From an uncultured Arcobacter sp. (lineage in GTDB: Bacteria > Campylobacterota > Campylobacteria > Campylobacterales > Arcobacteraceae), in contig OZ223300.1 of the NCBI GenBank assembly GCA_965140705.1, forward strand, positions 1,664,001 to 1,728,000: 64,000 nt of DNA. Direction: 5' to 3'. The position numbers were made by a program, and so were the translations under genes. The notes under the pieces are model-generated. The model was not told the DNA's origin. It did no database searches and was given only the letters and a program-made list of their open reading frames with translations. Shown piece after piece: positions 1-9,423 of this stretch (the stretch's first letter is position 1; each line of letters starts with the position of its first letter).

Positions 1-366
1 TTCTTTCATATTTTTTGTATCTATATATTCAATTCTAGCTTTTGTATGTCTTTCATCTGTTACAATACCAGCTCTACCACCACTCATAGAAATAGCATCA
101 TAACCAGCTTCATTTAGAGCAATAGATAATAAAGCTGATGTAACTCTCTCACCTGAACTTAATAACATATCCATTTCAGAAGGAGCAGGCATTTTTGAAT
201 AACTTTCAGCATATTCAATCAATTTATTAGTTTCACCACTCATTGCAGAAACTACTGCAATAACATCATGTCCTTCATCTTTAATCTTTTTAATAATTGT
301 AGCAACGTTTTGAATTCGTTCTAATGTACCAACACTAGTACCACCAAATTTTAATACTTTTAACAT
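1..366 (-). CDS. lysC: aspartate kinase (N-terminal part; runs off window start)
   Basis: Manual translation MLKVLKFGGTSVGTLERIQNVA...VVSAMSGET...DMLLSSGER gives the aspartokinase KFGGTS signature; not in ORF track. Confidence 0.93.
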   Translation of the reverse strand, partial: MLKVLKFGGTSVGTLERIQNVATIIKKIKDEGHDVIAVVSAMSGETNKLIEYAESYSKMPAPSEMDMLLSSGERVTSALLSIALNEAGYDAISMSGGRAGIVTDERHTKARIEYIDTKNMKE

Positions 367-383
367 CTACTTCATAATCCTTT

Positions 384-887
384 TTAAATATAACCTTCAT
401 TTTTAAAATACTTCAATACTTGTTTATAAACTGTTCTTTTAAAAAAAGTTATATAATCATAAATATTTTTAGTTGGAACAAATTTATATTCACTAAACTC
501 AGGTGTATGATGGGTATAAATATCTATTTTCGCACCATCATTTAATTTCACTAAATAATACTTTTGTATTTGCCCATCATATGGTTTCATTTTTTCGGCA
601 ATTGCTGGGGGAAAGTCATAACTTACCCACTCAGGATACTCTGCAATGATTTTAATATCATTAGTACCAATTTCCTCTTCTAATTCTCTAAATAAAGCTT
701 CTTTTGCTGTCTCACCATCGTCAATTCCCCCTTGAGGAAATTGCCATGCATTTTCAACATCAGTTCTTGAAGCTATGAAAAGTTCACATTTTTGAGGATA
801 CTTTGCTGATAAAACAATTGCTGCTACATTAGGTCTATAATTTTTACCACTTACATTTGTAGGTATATTCTCACTTTTATCAATCAT
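384..887 (-). CDS. rppH: RNA pyrophosphohydrolase (Nudix)
   Basis: YRPNV, WQFPQGGID and Nudix box GETAKEALFRELEEEIG. Confidence 0.93.
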   Translation of the reverse strand: MIDKSENIPTNVSGKNYRPNVAAIVLSAKYPQKCELFIASRTDVENAWQFPQGGIDDGETAKEALFRELEEEIGTNDIKIIAEYPEWVSYDFPPAIAEKMKPYDGQIQKYYLVKLNDGAKIDIYTHHTPEFSEYKFVPTKNIYDYITFFKRTVYKQVLKYFKNEGYI

Positions 888-895
888 AAATATCT

Positions 896-916
896 TTTCC
901 CTTATAATAAGGGAAA
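896..916. promoter_or_regulatory. perfect inverted repeat in the divergent rppH/hemW promoter region
   Basis: TTTCCCTTAT-A-ATAAGGGAAA; contains TATAAT (903-908) and the rppH SD-like AAGGGA. Confidence 0.45.
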
Positions 917-942
917 TATTATAATAAACTTAGGATTAAAAA

Positions 943-2004
943 TTGCTTTTATACATACATATTCCATTTTGTGATAGTAAATGCTTTTATTGCGCATTTA
1001 ACTCATATGTAGATAGATTTCACTTGAAACAAACTTATATGAAAGCTATTGAGAAACAACTAATTTACGACATTGAACACTATTTAAAAGATGAAAAAAT
1101 AGAAACGGTATTTATAGGTGGAGGGACTCCTAGTTGTGTAGATTTCAAAGAGTATGAAAATATTTTTAAAATCATATCACCATATTTAATTGAAAACTGT
1201 GAAATAACAAGTGAAGCTAACCCTAACTCTGCAACAAAAGAATGGCTTCAAGGTATGAAAAATTTGGGTGTTAATAGAATCAGTTTTGGAGTACAAAGTT
1301 TTAATGATAAAAAACTAAAATACTTAAATCGAGCGCATAATAGTAATAGTGCTATAAGTGCTATACAAAATGCAAAATGTATAGGTTTTAATAGTATTAA
1401 CTGTGATATTATTTACGGAGTTCAAGGTGATAGCTTCGAAAAATTAAAATACGATTTTGATATGATAAATAACCAAAATATTGATCATATTAGTGCCTAT
1501 TCTTTGACTTTAGAAGAGGGAACAAAGTTCTTTAATAAATCACATGTAAAAATAGATGATGAAGAGCTATCTTATAAACTATTTGAATATTTAAAAAGCC
1601 TAGGATATCAGCAATATGAGATTTCAAACTTCTCGAAGTCCAAAGAAACTCAGTCTAAACACAATTTTGGCTATTGGGAATATACAAACTACTTAGGTAT
1701 TGGAACAGGTGCAGTAGGCTTTATAGACAATTTTAGATATTACCCTGATAAAAATATTGAAAAATACATAGAAAACCCTCTATCTTATGAAAAAGAGTAT
1801 ATGGATGAGATAGATATCAAAACAGAAAAGGTATTATTAGGGCTTAGATCTAAAGTAGGGGTAAACTTAACTATTTTTAATGAAAATGAATTAAAAAAAG
1901 TAGAAATATTAATCGAAGAAAAAAAACTATACAAAATAGATAATAAAATTTACAATTACAATTTTTTACTCTCAGATGAGATATCTTTATTTATACTCGA
2001 TTAG
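943..2004 (+). CDS. hemW: radical SAM heme chaperone HemW (HemN-like)
   Basis: LYIHIPFC, CxxxCxxC (CDSKCFYC), GGGTPS, YEISNF, HNxxYW; TTG start. Confidence 0.88.
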   Translation: MLLYIHIPFCDSKCFYCAFNSYVDRFHLKQTYMKAIEKQLIYDIEHYLKDEKIETVFIGGGTPSCVDFKEYENIFKIISPYLIENCEITSEANPNSATKEWLQGMKNLGVNRISFGVQSFNDKKLKYLNRAHNSNSAISAIQNAKCIGFNSINCDIIYGVQGDSFEKLKYDFDMINNQNIDHISAYSLTLEEGTKFFNKSHVKIDDEELSYKLFEYLKSLGYQQYEISNFSKSKETQSKHNFGYWEYTNYLGIGTGAVGFIDNFRYYPDKNIEKYIENPLSYEKEYMDEIDIKTEKVLLGLRSKVGVNLTIFNENELKKVEILIEEKKLYKIDNKIYNYNFLLSDEISLFILD

Positions 2005-2063
2005 CTTCTATTAAAGAATAATTTATACTCTATATGTATAATACGCTTTTCAAAGGAGTTTAA

Positions 2064-2888
2064 TTGACAATAAAAGAGACCATTAAAAAATATTCACAAA
2101 AGCTAAAAGAAATAACACATATCCCATCAAAAGAAGTAGAAATACTAATTATGTTTCTTCTTGAAAAAAATGTTATTTGGATGCATTTAAATGGTAATAT
2201 GGAGTTCAAAAAAGAGGAAGAGCTGAAGGCTTTAGTAAAAAAAAGAGCTACTCATTTTCCTTTAGAATATCTTACAAATAGGGTTTCATTTTATGGTGAA
2301 ACATTTATTATAAAACAGAATGTTTTAATACCTAGACCAGAGACTGAAATATTAGTTGAAAAAGCATTTGAAAAACTAAAACAAATTGAAAAACCAAAAG
2401 TAGTAGAAATTGGAACTGGAAGTGGAATAATTTCAGTAATGCTTTCTAAACTACTTCCAGAACTAAAAGTTACGGCTGTTGATATAAATGATGATGCCTT
2501 AAATCTGGCAAAAGAAAACGCAAAAAAACACTCTGTAGAAAATCAAATTTCTTTTATAAAATCTGATTTATTAAAAGAAGTTATTGGTCATTTTGACATG
2601 TGTATTTCAAATCCTCCTTATATTTCAAATAATTATGTTTTACCACATAATGTTAAATATGAGCCTAAAAATGCCCTTTTTGGAGGAGAAATTGGAGATG
2701 AACTTTTAAAAGACTTGATAAAAGAAGTTACGGAGAAAAATATAAAATATCTATATTGTGAATATGGATATGATCAAAGAGAATCTATAAAAAATTATAT
2801 GGAAAAATTTAATGTAAAATCACTAGAGTTTTATAAAGATTATTCTGATTTTGATAGAGGTTTTTTGATTGAATTTAATACTAAATAA
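2064..2888 (+). CDS. prmC: release factor glutamine methyltransferase
   Basis: LIPRPETE, EIGTGSG SAM motif, SNPPY. Confidence 0.93.
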   Translation: MTIKETIKKYSQKLKEITHIPSKEVEILIMFLLEKNVIWMHLNGNMEFKKEEELKALVKKRATHFPLEYLTNRVSFYGETFIIKQNVLIPRPETEILVEKAFEKLKQIEKPKVVEIGTGSGIISVMLSKLLPELKVTAVDINDDALNLAKENAKKHSVENQISFIKSDLLKEVIGHFDMCISNPPYISNNYVLPHNVKYEPKNALFGGEIGDELLKDLIKEVTEKNIKYLYCEYGYDQRESIKNYMEKFNVKSLEFYKDYSDFDRGFLIEFNTK

Positions 2889-2898
2889 AAGGAATAAT

Positions 2899-4866
2899 AT
2901 GTTTGAAGAATTTAATGTAAATAATTTAGAAAAAAAGAGAGAGTTATTAGAGATAAAATTAAAAGAGTCAAAAGAGCAGATAGAGAAGCTTTTAGAACTT
3001 GAAAATAAAACTTACGATAATTTTGTAAAACCATATCAAGAAATAGGGGAGAGCATAAATGATTTCCTAACTCCAATATTTCACATTGATTCTGTTAAGA
3101 ACTCAGAAATAACGACAAAAGTGCATGAAGAATGCCTTCCTTTGATTTCTAATTACTCAACTGAGGTAAGTCAAAATGTAAATATTTATAGAGCTTTAAA
3201 AGATATACAATATAATAATAATACCTCTTTAAATAATATACAAAAAAAAGTATTAGAAAATGAAATTAGAGATTTTGAATTATCAGGTTGTCATTTAAAT
3301 AATAATTTAAAAGATAGACTTAAAGAGATAAATTTAAGACAAAGTGAGTTATCACATAAGTTTTCTCAAAATCTATTAAATGCAACAAACTCATATGAAA
3401 TGATAATTGAAGATTATGAAGATGTAAAAGAGATACCAGAATCTGATCTAGAACTTGCAAAATTTGAAGAAGAGGGTAAAATAAAATATAAATTTACTCT
3501 ACAAATGCCTTCTTATATAGCTTATATAACATATGGTACAAATAGAAATAGAAGAGAAGAGATATATAAAGCATACTGCACAAGAGCTCCAGAAAATGGA
3601 AAAATTATTGAAGAGATACTTACATTAAAATATGAAAAGTCAAAAATATTAGGTTTTGATTCATATGCACAGTATTCATTGAGTACAAAAATGGCTAAAA
3701 CAGAAGACGAAGTAATAGATTTCTTGTATGAATTAGCTAAAAAAGGAAAAAATGGTGCTAAAAATGAACTTGAAGAGATAAAAGAGTTTGCCAAAAAAGA
3801 TGGAATAGAAGAATTAAAATCTTTTGATTTATCTTATTATTCAGAAAAATTAAAAAAAGAAAAATATGATTTTGATGAAGAATTATATAGACCATATTTT
3901 GAAAAAGAGTCTGTTTTAAAAGGTTTTTTTGAATTTCTGAACTCAATATTTAATATTGAATTTAAAGTAACAAATACTCCTACTTGGGATGAAAAAGCAA
4001 GTGCTTATGATATCTATGAAAATGGAAAATTGTCATCAAGAATTTACATTGATTTGGAATCAAGAAAAGACAAAAGAGGAGGTGCTTGGATGAACAACTG
4101 GCACTCTTATTATGTAGATAAACATAATAATACTCATTTGCCAACTGCTTATATTGTTTGTAACTTTCCCCAATCAACAAATGATACAAAATCATTGTTA
4201 AGACACTCAGATGTTGTAACACTTTTTCATGAAATGGGGCATGCATTACATCATCTTTTAAGTAAAGTTCCAGAACCATTTGTTAGTGGAATTTCAGGTG
4301 TAGCATGGGATACAGTTGAATTCCCATCACAATTTTTAGAATATTTTTCTTATGATAAAATAGTTCTAAAACAGTTTGCAAAACATTATAAAACAGGTGA
4401 AATATTATCAGATGAAGCAATAGATAAAATCATAAAAGCAAGAAATTTTCAGTCATCATTAAATATGTTAAGACAAGTAGAATTTGCTCTTTTTGATTTC
4501 AAACTTCATCAAAAATTGTATAAAAGTGAAGAGGATGTACAAAAATTATTAAATGAAATTAGAGATGAAATTTCAGTTATAAAACCGCCAGTTTATAATA
4601 AATTTCAAAATGGATTTTCACATATTTTTGGAGGAGGGTATGCTGCTGGATATTACTCTTATAAATGGGCAGAAGTTTTAAGTGCAGATGCTTATTATAT
4701 GTTTATAGAATCAGAAAATACATTTAATAAAGAGTTAGCATTAAAGTATAAAGAATCAATTCTAGAAAAGGGTGGTTCTTCTGATATGAATGAACTTTTT
4801 TATGAATTTGCTCAAAGAGAGCCAAGTGTTGATTCTTTATTAAAAATTGATGGAATTATTAGCTAA
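2899..4866 (+). CDS. prlC: M3 family metallopeptidase (oligopeptidase A)
   Basis: FHEMGHALH (HExxH), KRGGAWM, GYAAGYYSYKWAEV; start moved to ATG 2899 behind SD AAAGGA. Confidence 0.9.
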   Translation: MFEEFNVNNLEKKRELLEIKLKESKEQIEKLLELENKTYDNFVKPYQEIGESINDFLTPIFHIDSVKNSEITTKVHEECLPLISNYSTEVSQNVNIYRALKDIQYNNNTSLNNIQKKVLENEIRDFELSGCHLNNNLKDRLKEINLRQSELSHKFSQNLLNATNSYEMIIEDYEDVKEIPESDLELAKFEEEGKIKYKFTLQMPSYIAYITYGTNRNRREEIYKAYCTRAPENGKIIEEILTLKYEKSKILGFDSYAQYSLSTKMAKTEDEVIDFLYELAKKGKNGAKNELEEIKEFAKKDGIEELKSFDLSYYSEKLKKEKYDFDEELYRPYFEKESVLKGFFEFLNSIFNIEFKVTNTPTWDEKASAYDIYENGKLSSRIYIDLESRKDKRGGAWMNNWHSYYVDKHNNTHLPTAYIVCNFPQSTNDTKSLLRHSDVVTLFHEMGHALHHLLSKVPEPFVSGISGVAWDTVEFPSQFLEYFSYDKIVLKQFAKHYKTGEILSDEAIDKIIKARNFQSSLNMLRQVEFALFDFKLHQKLYKSEEDVQKLLNEIRDEISVIKPPVYNKFQNGFSHIFGGGYAAGYYSYKWAEVLSADAYYMFIESENTFNKELALKYKESILEKGGSSDMNELFYEFAQREPSVDSLLKIDGIIS

Positions 4867-4885
4867 TTTTTGGCACAATACCACT

Positions 4886-4894
4886 TGATATAAT
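4886..4894 (+). promoter_or_regulatory. extended -10 sigma70 promoter element
   Basis: TGaTATAAT upstream of SD AAGGA and ATG 4913. Confidence 0.5.
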
Positions 4895-4912
4895 ATCAAT
4901 GAAGGATAGTTA

Positions 4913-5395
4913 ATGAGTAATAATAGTGATACAATTTCTAAATTGAGCGATGCTCTTTCTAATTTAATAAATGCATATGAAACTTTACAAAAAGAAAAAG
5001 AAGATTTAGAAAAAGAAAAACAAAGACTAGAAAATAAAATCGAGGATTTGGAAGCCTCAAATGGAGATTTAACTAGTAAATTAAATGAAATAAATTCAAC
5101 AAATGAAAAACAAGGAAGTAATATTAATTCAATGTTACATAAGATTGAAAATATACTTAAAGTAGGTGATAGAAAAAAAGATAACGAAAATAACAATAAT
5201 TCAAATAATACTTATGAAAAGTCTTTATCCATTGATGATGAAGAGTTTTCATCTACCCCTACCATTTCAAGTGATGCATTCTCTAGGCAGAAGGCAGAAT
5301 CTGTAAGTGTTGATGATATACAGTTAGAAAAGAAATCCGATGATAAAATTGATTTAAATAGAATGGCTTCTTTATTAAATGGTTTTAATAAATAA
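4913..5395 (+). CDS. hypothetical coiled-coil protein
   Basis: N-terminal heptad-rich helix, low-complexity linker, short C-terminal helix; good SD. Confidence 0.75.
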   Translation: MSNNSDTISKLSDALSNLINAYETLQKEKEDLEKEKQRLENKIEDLEASNGDLTSKLNEINSTNEKQGSNINSMLHKIENILKVGDRKKDNENNNNSNNTYEKSLSIDDEEFSSTPTISSDAFSRQKAESVSVDDIQLEKKSDDKIDLNRMASLLNGFNK

Positions 5396-5407
5396 TTGTA
5401 AAATAAT

Positions 5408-5683
5408 ATGACATTACTTCTAAATAAAATATCTCTATATTCTACTTTTGGAGTAGATGATTTTGAATCATTAGATAGAGTAATAAATAATATGGCTCCC
5501 TCAATGGTAGAATACTATTTATCTGATTTATCTGATGGTTTTGAAAATGTATATTTAAATAAAAGAAATATACAAAATAGCCTAAATATAGGAGATTTTT
5601 CCATATATTTAGATTATTCTGATGAAGTTTATTTAGAAATTGATGACAATAAAGAAGATTTAGAAACTACAAGCTTATGGTAA
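5408..5683 (+). CDS. hypothetical acidic protein
   Basis: 91-aa ORF 12 bp after the previous gene, converging on xerH. Confidence 0.65.
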   Translation: MTLLLNKISLYSTFGVDDFESLDRVINNMAPSMVEYYLSDLSDGFENVYLNKRNIQNSLNIGDFSIYLDYSDEVYLEIDDNKEDLETTSLW

Positions 5684-5684
5684 A

Positions 5685-6740
5685 TTAATCTATCAAATTT
5701 GTAGTTGCTTTTAATCTATCTTTATCAAAATGGGTATAAATTCTTGAAGTATTTATATCTGAGTGCCCTAATGCTTCTTGGACAAGAATAAGATCATGGT
5801 GTTTTTGGTATAAAAGTGTTGCAAAACTGTGTCTCAACATATGTGCACCATTCTTTTCTTTTCGTATTCCACAACTTATTAATATTTTTTCTACAATTCT
5901 GCTTATATAGGCTTGAGTTAATCTATTACCTTTTTTATTACATACTAAAAAGTCTTCTTCACAAATCCTTTGATTAAGCCAAAAATTCAATTCATTCTCT
6001 ATTATTTTTGATTTTATCATTACAACTCTTGGTTTATTTCCTTTTCCTCTTACTTGTATAATATAAACATCATCTTCTTTATACACATCTTTTAGTTTTA
6101 AATTTAACATTTCAGAAACTCTGATTCCTGTATAAATTATAATTTTTAAAATTAATCTGTTTCTATACATGATATCTTCTGAGAATTCAAAATTATCAAT
6201 AGCTTCTAAAAATCTAGATATTTCATCTTTATTCATATAAGAGGGTAGTTTTGTTCCAGATTTACCCCTTAATCCACCCCAATTTTTTAATTCTATTTTA
6301 AACATATATGAATTACCATCTAAGGTTTCATTTTGTTTATCAATATATGAAAAAAGTGCAAGTAGGGCTATTCTATGGTTCTTTTTTGAAGCATCAGACA
6401 ATCCACTTGTACTAGTAGCTAGAAAATCACTCAAAAGTTCTTCATCTATTTCTTTCATAGATGCTAAACCTAAATTATTCAAAAAGTTATATAATTTTGC
6501 TAAAGGATTATAATAAGTATTTATTCCTGACAAACCAATATTTCTAGCACTTTTAACTAAAGAACTTAATTCATCTAAAGAATTAGTACCTTTAACCAAA
6601 TCTTTAATAATAGTTGCAAGTTTATCTTTATCATTAACATTTGAATTACTAAGGGAAGTTAATTTATTACGAATAAATCTCTCAATCCAAAAGAGAAGTG
6701 TTTTCTCAAAATTATCACAAAAATCTAAATCATATCTCAT
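5685..6740 (-). CDS. xerH: tyrosine recombinase XerH (chromosome dimer resolution)
   Basis: Catalytic R (TGIRVSE), K (GKGNK), HxxR (HMLRHS), LGH and Y (IYTH); 351 aa; adjacent difH-like site. Confidence 0.88.
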   Translation of the reverse strand: MRYDLDFCDNFEKTLLFWIERFIRNKLTSLSNSNVNDKDKLATIIKDLVKGTNSLDELSSLVKSARNIGLSGINTYYNPLAKLYNFLNNLGLASMKEIDEELLSDFLATSTSGLSDASKKNHRIALLALFSYIDKQNETLDGNSYMFKIELKNWGGLRGKSGTKLPSYMNKDEISRFLEAIDNFEFSEDIMYRNRLILKIIIYTGIRVSEMLNLKLKDVYKEDDVYIIQVRGKGNKPRVVMIKSKIIENELNFWLNQRICEEDFLVCNKKGNRLTQAYISRIVEKILISCGIRKEKNGAHMLRHSFATLLYQKHHDLILVQEALGHSDINTSRIYTHFDKDRLKATTNLID

Positions 6741-6758
6741 AGGAGTCCTTATATATTA

Positions 6759-6787
6759 TAGTTTGAAAATTATAGTTTTCAATACTA
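6759..6787. other. difH-type chromosome dimer resolution site
   Basis: TAGTTTGAAAA-TTATAG-TTTTCAATACTA: inverted TTGAAAA/TTTTCAA arms around a 6-bp spacer, matching the Campylobacterota difH pattern, next to xerH. Confidence 0.85.
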
Positions 6788-6812
6788 ATTAATATTTTAA
6801 TTATACTCATAA

Positions 6813-7892
6813 TCATCTTTTTAAGTTCTTAGAAAAATCAACTATATATTGAGCTATTTCATCTAAATGTACAATGTCTTTAACAGCACCAACCTCAATT
6901 GCTTTTTTTGGCATTCCAAAAACTACACAGCTTTCTTCATTTTGAGCAATTGTATAAGCACCATTATCAAACATCTCTTTTATTCCTATCATTCCATCAT
7001 CTCCCATTCCTGTCATCATCACAGCCATAGCAGAACTTCCTATAACATTATTAACTGATCTAAACATAATATTTACACTTGGTTTATGATGTGATATTCT
7101 AATTCCATCAATAAGTTTTGTAAAATATTCATTCCCTCTTTTTTCTATACTTAAATGCATATTACCAGGAGCTAAAAAAGCTTTTCCTTTTTCAAGTTTC
7201 ATACCATCAGTAGCTTCAAAAACTTGAAGAGCTGATTCATTATTTAATCTTTGAGCAAAAGATCTTGAGAATCCATAAGGAATATGCTGAGTTATCAAAA
7301 TAGGAGGTAAATCTCTTGGTAAAGACTTAAAAACTCTTAAAAGTGATTCAACTCCACCTGTTGAAGAACCAATAGCAATAACTTTAGGTCCCCCTAATCT
7401 TGCAGGAAAAGAACGTAATAACTCATCAGGATGATTTTTTTTATTTGTATCTTCTTTACTTTTTTTCTTCTTTTGAACAAATTGTGCTTTAGGTTTTTTT
7501 AGTGTATATTGTTTTAATAAGAAAGTAAGATTAAGTAAATTGTCTTTCACTCTTGCTTGAAAGGACATCATTGATTCACCATTAGCAGGTTTTTTTATAT
7601 ATCCAACAGCACCATCATCAAAAATATCATTTCCCCTTGCACCCTCACCTGAGACTACAACAGCTGGCATAGGATGAAGTCTCATTAAATTTCTTAAAAA
7701 AGTAACTCCATCCATCTTTGGCATATTTATATCAATAGTTACCATATCTGGTTCAAATTTTTTAATTTTTTCTCTTGCATCAAAAGCATCAACAGCTTCA
7801 TCAATAACTTCAAATTCATCAATAGAATTTATTATATCTTTTAAAATTCTTCTCATTGATAATGAATCGTCAATTACTATAACTGTATACAT
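6813..7892 (-). CDS. cheB: chemotaxis methylesterase CheB
   Basis: Receiver domain (IDDS, DINMP) plus GSSTGG, QHIP and GMGDDG catalytic motifs. Confidence 0.96.
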   Translation of the reverse strand: MYTVIVIDDSLSMRRILKDIINSIDEFEVIDEAVDAFDAREKIKKFEPDMVTIDINMPKMDGVTFLRNLMRLHPMPAVVVSGEGARGNDIFDDGAVGYIKKPANGESMMSFQARVKDNLLNLTFLLKQYTLKKPKAQFVQKKKKSKEDTNKKNHPDELLRSFPARLGGPKVIAIGSSTGGVESLLRVFKSLPRDLPPILITQHIPYGFSRSFAQRLNNESALQVFEATDGMKLEKGKAFLAPGNMHLSIEKRGNEYFTKLIDGIRISHHKPSVNIMFRSVNNVIGSSAMAVMMTGMGDDGMIGIKEMFDNGAYTIAQNEESCVVFGMPKKAIEVGAVKDIVHLDEIAQYIVDFSKNLKR

Positions 7893-7904
7893 CTTATAAT
7901 ATCC

Positions 7905-8582
7905 CTAAAATAATTCAATATCCATCTCAGGAGCTGGTTCTGGATCGTTACCAAATAAATCCACACCACCAACATACTCTTTGAGAACTGGTGCTTTTGT
8001 AATTTCCACTTGTAAAGATTTTTCTTCTTGTATAACTTTTGAATCTGTTTCATTTTTATTTGTAACTTTAATAAATGTTTCAAAATTATTAGTCATTAAA
8101 ATTAGCCTAGCATGATCACCTCTTGTATGTTCAGAGAGTATTTTAAATCCCTCTGATCTACAAAAATCTTTAGCAAATTCAACATTTCTATGTCCAATTG
8201 AATTAATACTACTAGCCATAAGTTGCATAATATCAGCACCACCAGAAATTTTTGCTTTTAAATCTTTCTTTTGGCATCCTAGTTTATACATTTCATTTAA
8301 CATAGCCTCAACTGAATAAAGTCCATATTTCATATCTTCATTTGAATTACTTGTAGTTGGAAGTAAAAAATGATTCATTGCTTTTATTTTCTTTGCGGTA
8401 TCATAAAACATAATGGCAACACAAGAGCCAAGTAAAGTTTTAAAAGCAACGTTATCAGCATCAGAGCTAACTGCAAATTCTCCACCAATTACAGTATGAG
8501 CCCTATATCCTTTTATTACTTGAGTAGAGAGGTTATTAGAGATTTTTTCAATGCTTCCATCTTTATGACCTAAAATTATCAA
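7905..8582 (-). CDS. cheD: chemoreceptor glutamine deamidase CheD
   Basis: TLLGSCVA, MNHFLLP, AKISGGA, IGHRN. Confidence 0.93.
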   Translation of the reverse strand: MIILGHKDGSIEKISNNLSTQVIKGYRAHTVIGGEFAVSSDADNVAFKTLLGSCVAIMFYDTAKKIKAMNHFLLPTTSNSNEDMKYGLYSVEAMLNEMYKLGCQKKDLKAKISGGADIMQLMASSINSIGHRNVEFAKDFCRSEGFKILSEHTRGDHARLILMTNNFETFIKVTNKNETDSKVIQEEKSLQVEITKAPVLKEYVGGVDLFGNDPEPAPEMDIELF

Positions 8583-9421
8583 GATGCTTCCTTCTCTTTA
8601 ATAAAAATATTTTGCCCTATTCTTCTAACATAAGCTTCAAGCTTACCAGGACTTTCAGAATGTCCAATATACAATGTTCCTCCAATTTTTAGATGCCTAA
8701 ATAACTTAAATAAAATTTTTTCTTGGTCTATTGCAGAAAAATAGATTAATACATTTCTACAAAATATTACATCAAATTGATTCTTAGCAAAAGGATAATT
8801 AGCATCATTTAAATTCATAACTTGAAAAGTAACCATTTTTTGGAGTTCTGGTTTTACTTTTATAAGAATCTCTTCAGATGCCAAATTTTTCTCAACTCTT
8901 CTTTTAAAGTATTTTTGAGGTTTTAACCAACTTGGAAACTCTTTTGAACTTTTTGAAAATCTATATATCCCATTTGCAGCATATTGAAGTACATTTGTAT
9001 CAATATCTGTTGCAATTATTGATGCATTAATTCTTTTTCCTAACTCTTCTTGAGTCTCTAAAATTGTCATTGCCATTGAATATGGTTCTTCACCAGTTGA
9101 TGAAGCTGAACAATATAATTTTATATCTTGATTATGTTTCAACAACTCAGGTAAAACTCTATTTTTCAAATCAGCAAAATGAAATTCTTCCCTAAAAAAA
9201 TGTGTTTTATTAGTTGTAAAAGCATTTATAAATTCTGTTTTATAATTACCCTCTTTAATATCATCCAATAAATCATCTAAAGAGCCCTGAAATGAAGCAT
9301 TCCTCTTTAATTTATGAAGTCTATTAGAAATCATAATATCTTTATTTTCGGTAAGTGTTATACCTGTAAAAGAGTATAACAACTCTTTTACTTTTTCATG
9401 TAAATGTAAAGTATCATCCAT
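8579..9421 (-). CDS. cheR: chemotaxis methyltransferase CheR
   Basis: TTNKTHFFRE, SSTGEEPYS, FCRNVLIYF, GHSES. Confidence 0.96.
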   Translation of the reverse strand: MDDTLHLHEKVKELLYSFTGITLTENKDIMISNRLHKLKRNASFQGSLDDLLDDIKEGNYKTEFINAFTTNKTHFFREEFHFADLKNRVLPELLKHNQDIKLYCSASSTGEEPYSMAMTILETQEELGKRINASIIATDIDTNVLQYAANGIYRFSKSSKEFPSWLKPQKYFKRRVEKNLASEEILIKVKPELQKMVTFQVMNLNDANYPFAKNQFDVIFCRNVLIYFSAIDQEKILFKLFRHLKIGGTLYIGHSESPGKLEAYVRRIGQNIFIKEKEAS

Positions 9422-9423
9422 TC

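Noticed and set aside
4870..4888. Sigma54 promoter (TTGGCAC)
   Set aside because: No TTGC at the required spacing; an extended -10 explains the region
5685..6740. Tyrosine recombinase as a prophage or island integrase
   Set aside because: No phage or cargo genes, att repeats or tRNA nearby; the adjacent difH-type site indicates housekeeping XerH
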